A DNA stretch of 46,696 nt from Octopus bimaculoides (Eukaryota): positions 98,762,221 to 98,808,916 of the forward strand of contig NC_068987.1 in the NCBI RefSeq assembly GCF_001194135.2, in the 5' to 3' direction. Shown here one piece after another: positions 11,669 to 24,026 of the stretch (its first letter is position 1; each line of letters starts with the position of its first letter). The notes under the pieces were generated by a model that was not told where the DNA came from, searched no databases, and was given only the letters and a program-made list of their open reading frames with translations. The position numbers and the translations under genes are program-made.

Positions 11669-12053
11669 GCTGCCACTCCGTCGCTTACGACGACGAGGGT
11701 TCCAGTTGATCCGATCAACGGAACAGCCTGCTCGTGAAATTAACGTGCAAGTGGCTGAGCACTCCACAGACACGTGTGCCCTTAACATAGTTCTCGGGGA
11801 TATTCTGCGTGACACAGAGTGTGACAAGGCTGATCCTTTGAATTACAGGCACAACAGAAACAGGAAGTAAGAGTGAGAGAAAGTTGTGGTGAAAGAGTAC
11901 AGCAGGGTTCTCCACCATCTCCTGCCGGAGCCTCGTGGAGCTTTAGGTGTTTTCGCTCAATAAACACTCACAACGCTCGGTCTGGGAATCGAAACAGCGA
12001 TCCTATGACCGCGAGTCCGCTGCCCTAATCACTGGGCCATTGCCCCTCCACCC
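11669..12053 (-). mobile_element. SINE family B, full length, with 9-bp TSD ATTTGACAT
   Basis: Reverse complement of the 7302 copy; atttgacat occurs at 11660-11668 and 12054-12062. Confidence 0.93.
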
Positions 12054-14249
12054 ATTTGACATAACCGTGACAAATTAAACATTAGATGACTAGCTAGTCA
12101 AAGACATGCGTATTGTCATAAATAACATCGCGGTGGCACTTGCTATTTCCTTTGACCAATCATCTGCTGCCCTTCATGCATCCTGCATGATGATCAGGAA
12201 AAGAGTGAAAAAGAAACAGAAGAATAAAAGTAGACGATTGTGTATAACGTTTGCGAAATAATAAATTACGAAATTGAAAAAAAAAATGTATATATATATC
12301 AAGACTTAGAAAAAATCATGTTAAAATTTGGGTCAATTGATATTCAAATGCAAGTAGCCATTTTAGAAGTCATTTAAATAAAACTAAATATTTTCTTATA
12401 ATTAATTTGTTAATGATTAATTTTTGATATCCGAATCCCCTTAATTTATCCAGTATTAATATTTTTTATTTGATAAATTAATAAATTTAAAATTCTTAAT
12501 TTGCTACTCTTAACTATTTTTTTTTAGTTAGTTATTATTTATTTAATGTTTTAATTATTAATTATTTGTATTTATTACTTTTTACTATTTGCTACAAAAA
12601 TAAGCATGAAAGCAAATTTTGTAATAACTAAAAAAATAAACACCATTTTGAATACGTCAACTAAAGGTTATTATTTAATGAGCTGAAACTGGTTTATTTA
12701 TAATCAGATATTTAGAATCCTGACATTTTTATTAGATTTGAATGAAAAATAATAACTTTTATACCGAATACTACTTCATTTGCACTTAAGAACTGCACCT
12801 CGAAATCTGATAATTGTGCACCGAAAACCTGCTCTCTGCTTATGATTTATGAAATATACAAATTTTCAAAATATTGGAAAAGCGGAAAACTTTTAGCACA
12901 TGAATTTTTACACTCCAAATGCATCTACATTATACATAGATCTGGTAGAACCAAATCGAATCTGGAACTGTACCGAAACAGGTGAAAATTTCTGTGATCT
13001 TCATTTCATTTAGAGGATTTTGCTGGTAATAAATTTATAATTAATTACTCACATAATTGACCGGTTTTGCTCTATGAACCTTTCTCGTTTCTCTATCTTC
13101 GCCGTTTATCATCGTGTTAGATTCTTCTCATTCTGGACATTTAATGAAGTTTATAAAAACGTTTTGGATCTTGTTCAAAACGGTGGCACCAGTATTTTCT
13201 TAACGAAACACTTTGAAACCTGGGACACTGGTAGAATGTGTCATATAAAACATCTTTTTCTCTTAGTCTTCTTAACAAAAAAACGTACATCGCAAGTTAT
13301 TTCATGCTAAAGATGTTGTATTTCTGTAATTTCAACCAATGACTGACGTCCATTCAGCCGAATAACAGTAAGTGCTGACTACGTAAACAAACGATTCTCG
13401 CGGTGATAAANNNNNNNNNNNNNNNNNNNNNNNNNNNNNNNNNNNNNNNNNNNNNNNNNNNNNNNNNNNNNNNNNNNNNNNNNNNNNNNNNNNNNNNNNN
13501 NNNNNNNNNNNNNNNNNNNNNNNNNNNNNNNNNNNNNNNNNNNNNNNNNNNNNNNNNNNNNNNNNNNNNNNNNNNNNNNNNNNNNNNNNNNNNNNNNNNN
13601 NNNNNNNNNNNNNNNNNNNNNNNNNNNNNNNNNNNNNNNNNNNNNNNNNNNNNNNNNNNNNNNNNNNNNNNNNNNNNNNNNNNNNNNNNNNNNNNNNNNN
13701 NNNNNNNNNNNNNNNNNNNNNNNNNNNNNNNNNNNNNNNNNNNNNNNNNNNNNNNNNNNNNNNNNNNNNNNNNNNNNNNNNNNNNNNNNNNNNNNNNNNN
13801 NNNNNNNNNNNNNNNNNNNNNNNNNNNNNNNNNNNNNNNNNNNNNNNNNNNNNNNNNNNNNNNNNNNNNNNNNNNNNNNNNNNNNNNNNNNNNNNNNNNN
13901 NNNNNNNNNNNNNNNNNNNNNNNNNNNNNNNNNNNNNNNNNNNNNNNNNNNNNNNNNNNNNNNNNNNNNNNNNNNNNNNNNNNNNNNNNNNNNNNNNNNN
14001 NNNNNNNNNNNNNNNNNNNNNNNNNNNNNNNNNNNNNNNNNNNNNNNNNNNNNNNNNNNNNNNNNNNNNNNNNNNNNNNNNNNNNNNNNNNNNNNNNNNN
14101 NNNNNNNNNNNNNNNNNNNNNNNNNNNNNNNNNNNNNNNNNNNNNNNNNNNNNNNNNNNNNNNNNNNNNNNNNNNNNNNNNNNNNNNNNNNNNNNNNNNN
14201 NNNNNNNNNNNNNNNNNNNNNNNNNNNNNNNNNNNNNNNNNNNNNNNNN

Positions 14250-14563
14250 GAAATTAAGATGCAAGTAGCTGAGCACTCCACAGACACGTGTACCCTTAAC
14301 GTAGTTCTCGGGGATATTCAGCGTGACACAATGTGACAAGGCTGACCCTTTGAATTACAGGCACAACAGAAACAGGAAGTAAGAGTGAGAGAAAGTTGTG
14401 GTGGAAGAATACAATAGGGTTCGCCACCATCCCCTGCCGGAGCCTCATGGAGCTTTAGGTGTTTTCGCTCAATAAACACTCACAACGCCCAGTCTGAGAA
14501 TCGAAACCGCGATCCTATGACCGCGAGTCCGCTGCCCTAACCACTGGGCCATTGAGCCTCCAC
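14250..14563 (-). mobile_element. SINE family B (3' end lost in the N gap)
   Basis: Matches the family B head and body. Confidence 0.9.
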
Positions 14564-14948
14564 TAACAGAAATATGAACCCCACCAAAACAAGAAGCAAA
14601 ATCAAAAATACACAGGCACAAAACATACAAAACGAAAACAAAACAACGAGGAAACTATATAGCCTACAGGTTGCAAGAATGAAACATTCTCCTAGGTTTC
14701 AACACATTATCCTAAATTTTGTTCCCTACAAATTTTCCACAATAATCTTTCAAAATGTGGTGGAGCATTAGTTCTTTTCATTGAGCTTAATCACAGTCAG
14801 CTTGGTCAGGAATTGATTTAGCCTAAGGGTGTAAAATAAGTGGTGAAACGTTAAATGCTGAATCGGAGAATATTTATCCACTGCCGTGGCGAATAACTAT
14901 ATCACACAGGCACACCTAAACAAGCTCCTAACCATATACACATACGTA

Positions 14949-15092
14949 TATGAAGGGGTGCTAAAAGGTTCCTGGGTTTAAAGTTTTCGCGAAAGGCGTG
15001 GTTGGAGGATCAGCCTTCCGAGTTCTTTTACGGGGCTTAGAAAAACTGAAGGACAGCTACATTTAGTGTATGAATGTGAGAGGGAAATCTAT
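14949..15092 (+). mobile_element. Mariner-derived non-autonomous element / fragment
   Basis: TA followed by TIR-like tgaaggggtgctaaaaggttcctgg, then VLLRGLEKLKDSYI*CMNVRGK (cf. the mariner C-terminus GIEKL..RW.KC..L.G.YVE). Confidence 0.65.
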
Positions 15093-15118
15093 ATCTATAA
15101 TACAAAGGATGTGTGTGG

Positions 15119-15152
<34 letters not shown>

Positions 15153-15314
15153 GTACTAATTTTTACAGTTTTCAACCGATTTTCACCGCACTTTACACAC
15201 ACATTACTTATGTGCCAAGGTGGGGCATGCGCTATGTTTTTCCCAGAGTTTCCGCGTAAAGCGAAAAATAGGGAAAAATGTGTCTTACACAGGTTATTTT
15301 TACACAGGATATTT

Positions 15315-15360
<46 letters not shown>

Positions 15361-15363
<3 letters not shown>

Positions 15364-15779
15364 TTTACTTCTAGTCATTCGATTTCGGCCATTCTGGTGC
15401 ACCGCCTTGAAGCATCTTCTATCGAATGCATCGACTCCAGTACTATCTATTTTAAAGCCTGGCACTTACTTATCGGCCTATTCTATGGAATTGTTAATTT
15501 ACGTGTACATAATCACACCGACAGCGATTGTTAAACGGTGGTGGGAAACAAACAGATTCACAATATACACACACACACACTAACACGCGAACATATACAC
15601 ACACACATATATAAATACGACAGGATTCATTTGGTTCTTTTCTACTAAATCCACTAACAAAGCTTCGGTCGGCCCGAGGCCATAGTCGAAGATATTTGCC
15701 CAAGGTGCCACGCAGTGGGACTGAACCTAGAAATATGTGGTTAGGAAGCAAGCTTCTTACCACAGGTCACGCCTGCGAC
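15361..15779 (-). mobile_element. Composite SINE C/A, diverged full copy with internal (CA)/(TA) tract
   Basis: A module 15361-15560, microsatellite 15565-15615, head/CORE module 15617-15779 (gcccaaggtgccacgcagtgggactgaacc on +). Confidence 0.85.
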
Positions 15780-15848
15780 TTTATATACATGGATACATGC
15801 ATAGATACCTATATATATATATATTTGTGCGTACATATGATACACACA

Positions 15849-15883
<35 letters not shown>

Positions 15884-17485
15884 GATCAATGAGGAAAAGC
15901 ATTTAAGCTCCGCAAACATAACCTATGTGTGTACATCTAAGAAATATTGTTCTCAGTAGTATTAAGATTTGATGCAAATGTTGATAGTTTTAGCATATCA
16001 AGCAAGCGTTAGAAGGTTCTTTTTGTTTATGCCTCTCTTGCAAAATTATGATATTTTATATCTTTTCACATATGGGACAAGCTCTTTTGTCGTATGATGT
16101 TTGTGTATACATACAGATATATAGGCATGATGGAATTAATATGCATTATTTAAATACGGGTATCAACGGCTTCTGAGAGAGCATTTTCCCGTTTAATGTC
16201 TACGTTACTTTTGTGTATAATTCGTATTGTCGAGCCAGATATTGAAGGAGATCTCTATAGATTGCACTTACACTTTCTATTAAGATTGGCTACTGATAAA
16301 TGCCGAGATATTTTGAAGCCCTTTAAAAAAAAAATGCGTAGCGAAGTTTTGTTACATGAATAAAGTTGGATGAAATAACTATCAAAATATTAAGCAGTAA
16401 TCATTGATAAGTAACTTAGCAGAATAAAGTGAATGTGTTGTTATAAGGATAGAGTGTAGCACGAGACGTTTTTCCTGATAAATTCTCAGCGAAAGTGTCA
16501 CGACGTTGTTAAAATGAATGGATTATCATATATCACTTGGAAGATGTTTTCCATGTCTTTGTTCCTAGACGCAAAGTACAAATCTAGCGTAATGTGTTTA
16601 GATTTTATATAGATAACACCTATGTGAAGAAGAAATTTTAAGGAATATTGAAGGAAGTTTTAGTGAATAATGATATTATCAGCTAGGTAGTATGCCGTTA
16701 AAAGTGACAACTATAGTATCATTAATATACCGAAGAATGTAGGAGATAGACATAAATTGCTTTCATTGAACGCATGCCAGTTCTGGAAGTTTGAGACTTG
16801 ATAGATTATTGGAGGCCTTTCTAAAAGATTGGTAAATTGTTCACAGTTCACCAACCTTTTCCAGGAATCAATGTTTGCTAAATATCAGGAACGTGGTCAG
16901 AAGGAATACTATATTATCTCTCTCTAGTCCACCTGATCCTAAATTTTAGAAGAAATACATGAACATTTTCGATCATTCTAAAGTTCTGAAGTGCGCCATT
17001 TATAAAGTGTCGTGGTTATTGATTACCAAATTAACGTGTTTCCTATAAACTATTATGGCGATTGCAGTCCCTTACATAAGCTTTAGTTGTTGATCGAAAC
17101 TCACATCTCGGAACTATTTCAATTTTGTCAGATTTCAGTTGAAATTAAATTTGAATATACGAAGGTTTCAAGCATTGGGGCAAAGCCAAAAGTTGTACTG
17201 TAGGGAGAATATAATAAATACCGTCGTGTTCGATGTATGATGACTAGTATATACTCTTTCGATACCACGGAGACAGAATCTATTGACTGGACAGTAATTT
17301 AGAAGTCACAAAAGAAAATAGAAACGAGAGAAACTAATTTAGAGAGGGGTGACGGGGCATGCTTGTGTGTGTGTGTGTGTGCATGCATGTTTGTGTATTT
17401 CTTTCTCTTGGAGAGTGTATATACATATAAATATATGTGTATATGTATTTGGAAGCAAACATATATATTAGGTATGCACATATAT

Positions 17486-17803
17486 GCATGGCTTAGTGGT
17501 CAGGGTATTCTGCTCTCGATCGTAAGGTCCAGAGTTTAATTTCCGGCCACGCGTTGTGTCCTTGAACAAGACACTTTATTTCAAGTCGCTCTAGTCCACT
17601 CAGCTGGCAAAAATGAGTAGTACTAGTATTTCAAATGGGACAGCTTTGTCGCATTCTGTATCACGCTGAATCTCACCGAGAACGAAATGTATGGTACACG
17701 TGTCTGTGGAGTGCTAAGGCATTTGCAGGTTAATTTAACTTGCAGGCTGTTTTGTTGATCGGAGCAACTGGAACTCTCGTCGTCGTAAGCGACAGAGTGC
17801 CAG
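17486..17803 (+). mobile_element. tRNA-derived CORE-type SINE sharing the family B 3' module
   Basis: Head gcatggcttagtggtc, CORE-like tgtgtccttgaacaagacacttt...cagctggcaaaaatgagtag, then a diverged family B tail (gtacacgtgtctgtggagtgct...ctcgtcgtcgtaagcgacagagtgcc). Confidence 0.85.
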
Positions 17804-17902
17804 TATTATATATATATATATATAAGATCGGAAGANNNNNNNNNNATATATATGTATATATATGTCCTGTTATTTGCATTTGTATATGTGTAACATTTCT
17901 TC

Positions 17903-18270
17903 GTTTATTTTTCCGTCCTTGTTTTCGTATACATTCGCTGCTTTCTTCCAAGCAATCTAGTGCTCTTAGCTTAGTTTTTACTTGGGGTTGGCCAGATTGG
18001 AGCACTCTCGAGTATAACCATCCGAAATTGCAAAGATAATCTGGAACTCGACTGAGGAAAGAAAACTCCGAATGACCCGTCCTTGTTTTTCCTGTCCCTT
18101 TTTTGTATCATCTGTCTGGATGATTTGCATTCTTGTCNNNNNNNNNNNNCCCATTTTTTTGTATTCCTATATACGACGGGCTTCTTTCAGATTCCGTCTA
18201 CCAAATCCACTCACAAAGCTTTGGTCGGCTCGAGGCTACAGAAGAAGACATTTGCTCAAGGTGCAACGTC
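17903..18270 (-). mobile_element. Partial SINE C head/CORE module fused to a different module of about 260 bp
   Basis: 18172-18270 matches the C module (acgacgggcttctttcag...tttgctcaaggtgc). 17903-18160 is unrelated to the A module and contains the direct repeat ccgtccttgtttt. Confidence 0.7.
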
Positions 18271-19144
18271 CACTCTGTATTGTTTTGTTCGCTTGAGCCC
18301 TTATCTTCCGCAAAATTTGCAGGTGCCGCCAATATGCGAAGTTCCCAGTCTTATCGGTGAAGTCACGAAACATATGTTTGTACGTACGTATGTATGTATG
18401 TATGTATGTATGTATGTATGTATGTATGTATGTATTTATGTATGTATGTATTTATGTATACAAACATGGGAATGATCAGATGGGATGTGAACAGTAAAGC
18501 AACAACGAAATGCAGATTATATAACGTATATTTTACACAAGACACAGATATAATCTCAGTTTTGTAGAATATAATAATTCTTTGTGACATATATACCATT
18601 TATGACGTAGGTGAATAAGTAGGACATGAGACTTGAGGGAGAAGGAGATACTTAAAATTCCAATACTACAACTATTATTGCTTTACATGGTTTATTGAAA
18701 TATTTCACAATATGACTTGGTGCTACCATATCAACTTTGTGGTATTGGATTTCCTTATGACATAACCGCTATAACTGATACACAAAAGAAGGAGAGGGTC
18801 CTCCACTTGGCCGCGCGATGACTTATAAAAGAGTAGTAAAATCCTTTAAATCGCATTCTACAGTTTTAAAAATGTCATATTATACACTGTAGGTTTATTT
18901 ATGAGAAACCTCAGTAAAATATGTGGTGGTCATGGATGGAGTATCTTTGATTACGTATGCCTTATTTGATCATTGACCTAGGGATAAACAAAAACGGGAA
19001 ATAAATTGGGTGCTGATATGTTTAAAGAAGTAGTCTCTAAGCTGGGTAGTGAGAAAGAGATTGAGATAGACACACAGACAGATAGACAGACAAACTGTGA
19101 GTATATTCTTGTGTGTGTGTGTATGTGTGTGAGCTGCCTGTCTG

Positions 19145-19199
<55 letters not shown>

Positions 19200-20362
19200 G
19201 TTTTAGTTCCAAACGAACTAACCAACCTTCATCTTCCGTTTTCACTGCGAATTCAACTCGAACTAACACTTTCGCTTTATTTTGGCACTACGGCCATTAC
19301 ACAGAGGAGAGACACTACAAAGAGAGACAAAACAATACAACACGTGGGCTACAAAGAACGAATGATGAATGAAATGAATTACTTACAATGAGGTGATGCA
19401 ATGGCTTACGAGTCCCTCAAAACTCGCAGTTTCATTTAACAGTTCTCTTATACAGTTTATGATCATTTTTTTTCTTTAGCAATTATAAGTGGCCACAGCT
19501 CCTTTGACGTTACTACACTTGGCAGGGTGTCGTAACCCACGTATAATCCACTTGCTTGAAACTTGTCCGGGTGTATCTGTTGCAGTCTCTGCATCACATG
19601 TGCTTCCACCAATATAGCTTTCTGTTTTTCTTCAAACGCGTCAGGGTCCAGTTTAAGTCTTACTAATCCTTTTATTCTTGCAATCGTCTTTTCCAACTCT
19701 AAAACCTTGTCATAAAAACCACTGTTCTGATGACCGCTACTATATATAATCGTTCGGTCCAGTCTATTTCTCGCCAGAGAGCGTCGTGACTCTCATCACA
19801 TGGTCTCACAAACTTACTCACACATGCAAGTATATGCGTATACGTATATGCATGCGTCGGTTCAGATATGATTGAGTGACTGCGAAATTTACTTCTCAAC
19901 GACTAATTGCCGTGTTTGATCCCGTTCCGTGGCGTCCCGGTCAAGCACATTTACCATGATCTCATATCAGCAAAGAACTCGAAAGCCGTCTGATTCTCAG
20001 TTATTGTAACTCAACAGTTTAGCTTTTTCAAAGTTAAACCCGCTGATGTCATAGGTCCGCATTCCTGTGGGAACCTCAATGAGCTGATCGACCAGTTCAA
20101 CAACTGGATGCTCATACATCGAAATTAACGGAAGGAACCATTCGTTAGGAATTTATGGATGTATGCAAATACGTATGTAAGGATACGCACTTATATATAG
20201 CTATTTGGGTGAGAGCATGCGGTCGCGTGTATGTGTTTATATGTGTATATGTCGACAACAATATATATATATATATATAATACACAGACACACACATATA
20301 CGTTTATGAATGTCTGTTGCAAGATTCTTGATGTGAAATCATGTGTTGAAACATATATTTGT

Positions 20363-20578
20363 GTATTTCGGGATGTTCATGTTTTTTTGTCAAATAAACA
20401 TACGTACTGTATATTCGATCTTCACTCGTTTATTACTGTTCATATACTAACTCATGTCCATTGTCGGGAGAATAGTGATCAGTTAGAATAAGAACAGTAA
20501 TAAACAAATTAAGAACAAATATATAGTGCATGTGTTTATTTGGCAAAAAAAAAATATGACCGTCCCGAAATAAAATAC
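20363..20578. repeat. Long imperfect palindrome (arms of about 93-100 bp, 22-nt spacer)
   Basis: 20363-20455 aligns with the reverse complement of 20478-20578 at roughly 80% by eye (tatttcggga, caaataaaca and gtttattactgttc are shared). Confidence 0.9.
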
Positions 20579-21342
20579 AATATATATATATATATATTCC
20601 AAAAAAGGAACGGGAACATAAACAAAGCACAAAAAACGGCCTTTTTTCACGGACAAGAGAATGAACACATAGGAAAACAGACAAGCCACGTATGGAACTT
20701 TTCCTTGATCAGCTGCCTCTATTCCAAACTAGGCGTTTCGAAGATGAGGCAGAACGCGCTTTCAGAATAACACTTCCCGCAAAGCAAAGTTAACCTGCTA
20801 TGTGGAGGATTCCAAAGTGGCAAACAAAAACCAGGACAGGGAAAACTAAACAGTGAAAACAACGTTGAGGGCCGTTAAGCCGAACGAGATGAGATACTGA
20901 ACGCTGTGAGTTGAAGAACTTCAGCAGAGAGAGATAGCAGTTCTTGTTGCCTTTATGCCGGCCGAATAGAGAAAGGAAGAGGTGACCACAGGTCACGTGT
21001 GATCAACGAGGTGTGGTAGAGAGAGGAAAATGGAGGAAGTTGAATATATGTATATATACACATATATAACTTAGATAACTCAGATTGGTTTCGGCCATTA
21101 TCAGCCCAGGCCATGACTAACTCAATTGCACCACCTGGAAAAGTCTTTTAGTTGATTATTTCGGGACACTTATGGACCACTCAAGCAGAGTATATATATT
21201 TGAAAACATCTAATTATTAAAATGGAAAAAGTATCCAAAACGTCATTTCTATTCATTTTTTAAATATATAACACTGTACTAAGAACTTTCTATTTCTTAT
21301 TACTCTATATAGCTTCAGTCTGTCTAAACTGTTAATGAAAAG

Positions 21343-21770
21343 TATTAGGTCGTCAAGTATGAATTATGTCGAAAAGAAAAGAAAATTTGCTAATGTTTTA
21401 TGAATACAAGGAACAATTTTATTCATCAGAGTATGCACTCACATTGTCAGTACACTTTTGCCATTTCAGCAGTAGCTTCTCCAACCCGGAACTGTAAAAT
21501 CCCGGCAATCTAGAGTCAATAAAATCTTGGTAGGCTTGTTTTACAGCATCGTCAGAATTAAATCTTTTCCCTATAAAAAAAAGTTATCCAAATTCTGGAA
21601 GAAGTGGTAGTAAGTGGGGACAAGATCACGTGAGTATGGTGGATGATGGGGAACTTACAACACCAATTCATAGTTTTTCTTCAAGACTTCAATCCCTTCT
21701 TAGACCAACGTTTAGAATACTACTTATCTTGGATGCTGTTGCTGCTAAATGCAAGGACATTCTCGATCAA
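21343..21770 (-). mobile_element. Mariner (DD34D-type) transposase 3' relic with TIR
   Basis: Minus translation HPPYSRDLVPTYYHFFQNLDNF (YSPDLAP.D motif) / GKRFNSDDAVKQAYQDFIDSRLPGFYSSGLEKLLLKWQKCTDNVSAYSDE*. TA plus TIR-like ttaggtcgtcaagtatgaa at 21343. Confidence 0.88.
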
Positions 21771-21793
21771 AAATATAAAAGAAAAATAAAATT

Positions 21794-22005
21794 GGCTAAC
21801 TGGTCAAAATCGTTGACACGCCGAGCAAAATGCTTGTGGCAGTTCGTCCGTTATTACGTTCTTAGTTCAAATTTCGCACTTGGCGATTTTGCCTTTTGTC
21901 CTTTCGGTGTCGATAAAATATTTACCAGTGAAGTATTGGGGACAATTTAATCGACTTATCTCTTTCCCGAAATTACTGGCCTCATGGCAAAATTTCAAAA
22001 TCAAT
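21794..22005 (+). mobile_element. tRNA-derived SINE family D
   Basis: ggctaactggtcaaaatcgtt...gttcttagttcaaatttcgc...cctttcggtgtcgataaaat...aatcgactta; homologous to 28171-28392 (-) and 37684-37897 (+). Confidence 0.85.
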
Positions 22006-23295
22006 AGGTCAAAGCCACTAGCCATTGATATGTTGTATCCCCTTTCCATCTCTTCCATCGTACAACCTACATATCTGCCGTTTTATGTGGTCAAGTAAGT
22101 CCTTGTTCTCCGGATGCATCAACCTTTTTATACCCAACGTGTTTCAGACTTTAAACCTTTCTTTCGTGCATCAATATCATATGTCTTGCAAACCATAAAC
22201 AGATATTGGCGTCGGCCTAACGGGAGTATAACAAGTTATACGGTGGCGTTAATACTTGTCAAAATGTGCTTTCACCTTTACAGTGGACGTAAAATATATG
22301 TGAAAATCACATTATCAAGGACAAGGAGAAGTCCCTAGTTTACAGAAGAAAATATACTACCCCGTATACTGGGATACATAATACACAAATATTACATGCA
22401 GGTTAATTGAAAGAAAGCCCATGTTAAGCCTTAATGCATAAAAAGAAAGAAAAATAAACATCTGTGATTCTTTGTGAATACTTTCTGTGCTTCATATCAA
22501 GTAGTCATTATTCTGTTTTGATCTTTCTGTTTCTCGCACAAGCACCCCCGCCCCCCTCTCTCTCTCTCTCTTTTTCTCTCTCTCTGTGTCTCTGTGTCTC
22601 TGGCTCTCTCTCTGTGTCTCTGTCTCTGTCTCTCTGTCTCTCTCTGTCTCTCTCTCTCATACACACGCGTACACAGTCTTTCTGTTATCCCGCACACATA
22701 GCTTCCTCGAGTTCTCTTCTTGGTTTTCAACTTTATCTTCTAATTCTTGCTGTGTGTCTTTCTTTTTTACGTATTTCTGACCTCTAATAGACCAACCTCC
22801 ATCTCATTCTCTTCTTTTCTCTCTAGAACACTATTTCCCTCGTGCCCCCTTTTCTCTCTGTACATATGTGCGTGCGTGCGTGTGTGTGTGTGTGAGGGGT
22901 GTTATGTTTGTGAGTGTATCCTTATATGAATGTATACGTATGCTTAATACCCTCTCTCATCAGAACTCATTTCCGGTATTTTTCCTCCCCTCTTTCCATA
23001 CAAATTTAATCTTCCTAATATTGACTCAATCCTACTCTCTTTTCCCTTACTTTTCGTTCATCAAAATCACGTTTTTTCCCTCACATCTTTTCTCTTCACT
23101 CCGTCTCTCCTTCACATTCCTCCCCCCCGTTATCTTTTTTTTTACATCTCCATTTCTATAACTTTCTCCACTCTTCTTAAACTTTCACTTGAAATTTTAC
23201 TCACTTGCAGCGTTTCCCTCCTACCCTTTCTAACACAATCCTTCCCAACAAGATTTCCTCCAGCATCTAACAACATTATTTCCACGCATTGCCTA

Positions 23296-23299
<4 letters not shown>

Positions 23300-23373
<74 letters not shown>
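23300..23373. repeat. (CT)n microsatellite within a polypyrimidine-rich region (about 22530-23520)
   Basis: Directly visible. Confidence 0.95.
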
Positions 23374-23375
<2 letters not shown>

Positions 23376-23699
23376 GTCTCTTTCAAGACACCCCTTCTCC
23401 TCTTCATAGCCTTACATCTTTCTTCAAGACTTCACTCCCTTCCTAGACCAACATTTTCTGTTCATAATTATAACCCCGCCTTCCCCAGCACATTTCTTCC
23501 CTTCCTTCTATCCCCCCTTTACACTGTGCTTCTGACGTGTGTATGCGTGCGTCGGCGGACGTTTGGATGTGTGTATACATGTGTGTTTGTGTGTGTGTGC
23601 GTGTGTCTGTGTGTCTGTGTACACATATACACGTATATGCAGATATGTATGTGTTGTTATGAATGTACATGAATATATATATATATATATATGCTTGTA

Positions 23700-23754
<55 letters not shown>

Positions 23755-23993
23755 NNNNNNNNNNNNNNNNNNNNNNNNNNNNNNNNNNNNNNNNNNNNNN
23801 NNNNNNNNNNNNNNNNNNNNNNNNNNNNNNNNNNNNNNNNNNNNNNNNNNNNNNNNNNNNNNNNNNNNNNNNNNNNNNNNNNNNNNNNNNNNNNNNNNNN
23901 NNNNNNNNNNNATATATGACAATATACACGTATGTGCATATTTTGTGTGTGTGTTTGTATGTATGTATATGTATGTATACACACACATGCACA

Positions 23994-24026
<33 letters not shown>

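Noticed and set aside
12087-12100. Perfect 14-bp palindrome tgactagctagtca
   Set aside because: A few of this size are expected by chance in 46 kb.
19560-19660. Kinase subdomain II-III resemblance (RLKLDPDAFEEKQKAILVEAHVMQRL)
   Set aside because: No glycine-rich loop, VAVK, HRD or DFG motifs in frame; the similarity is superficial.
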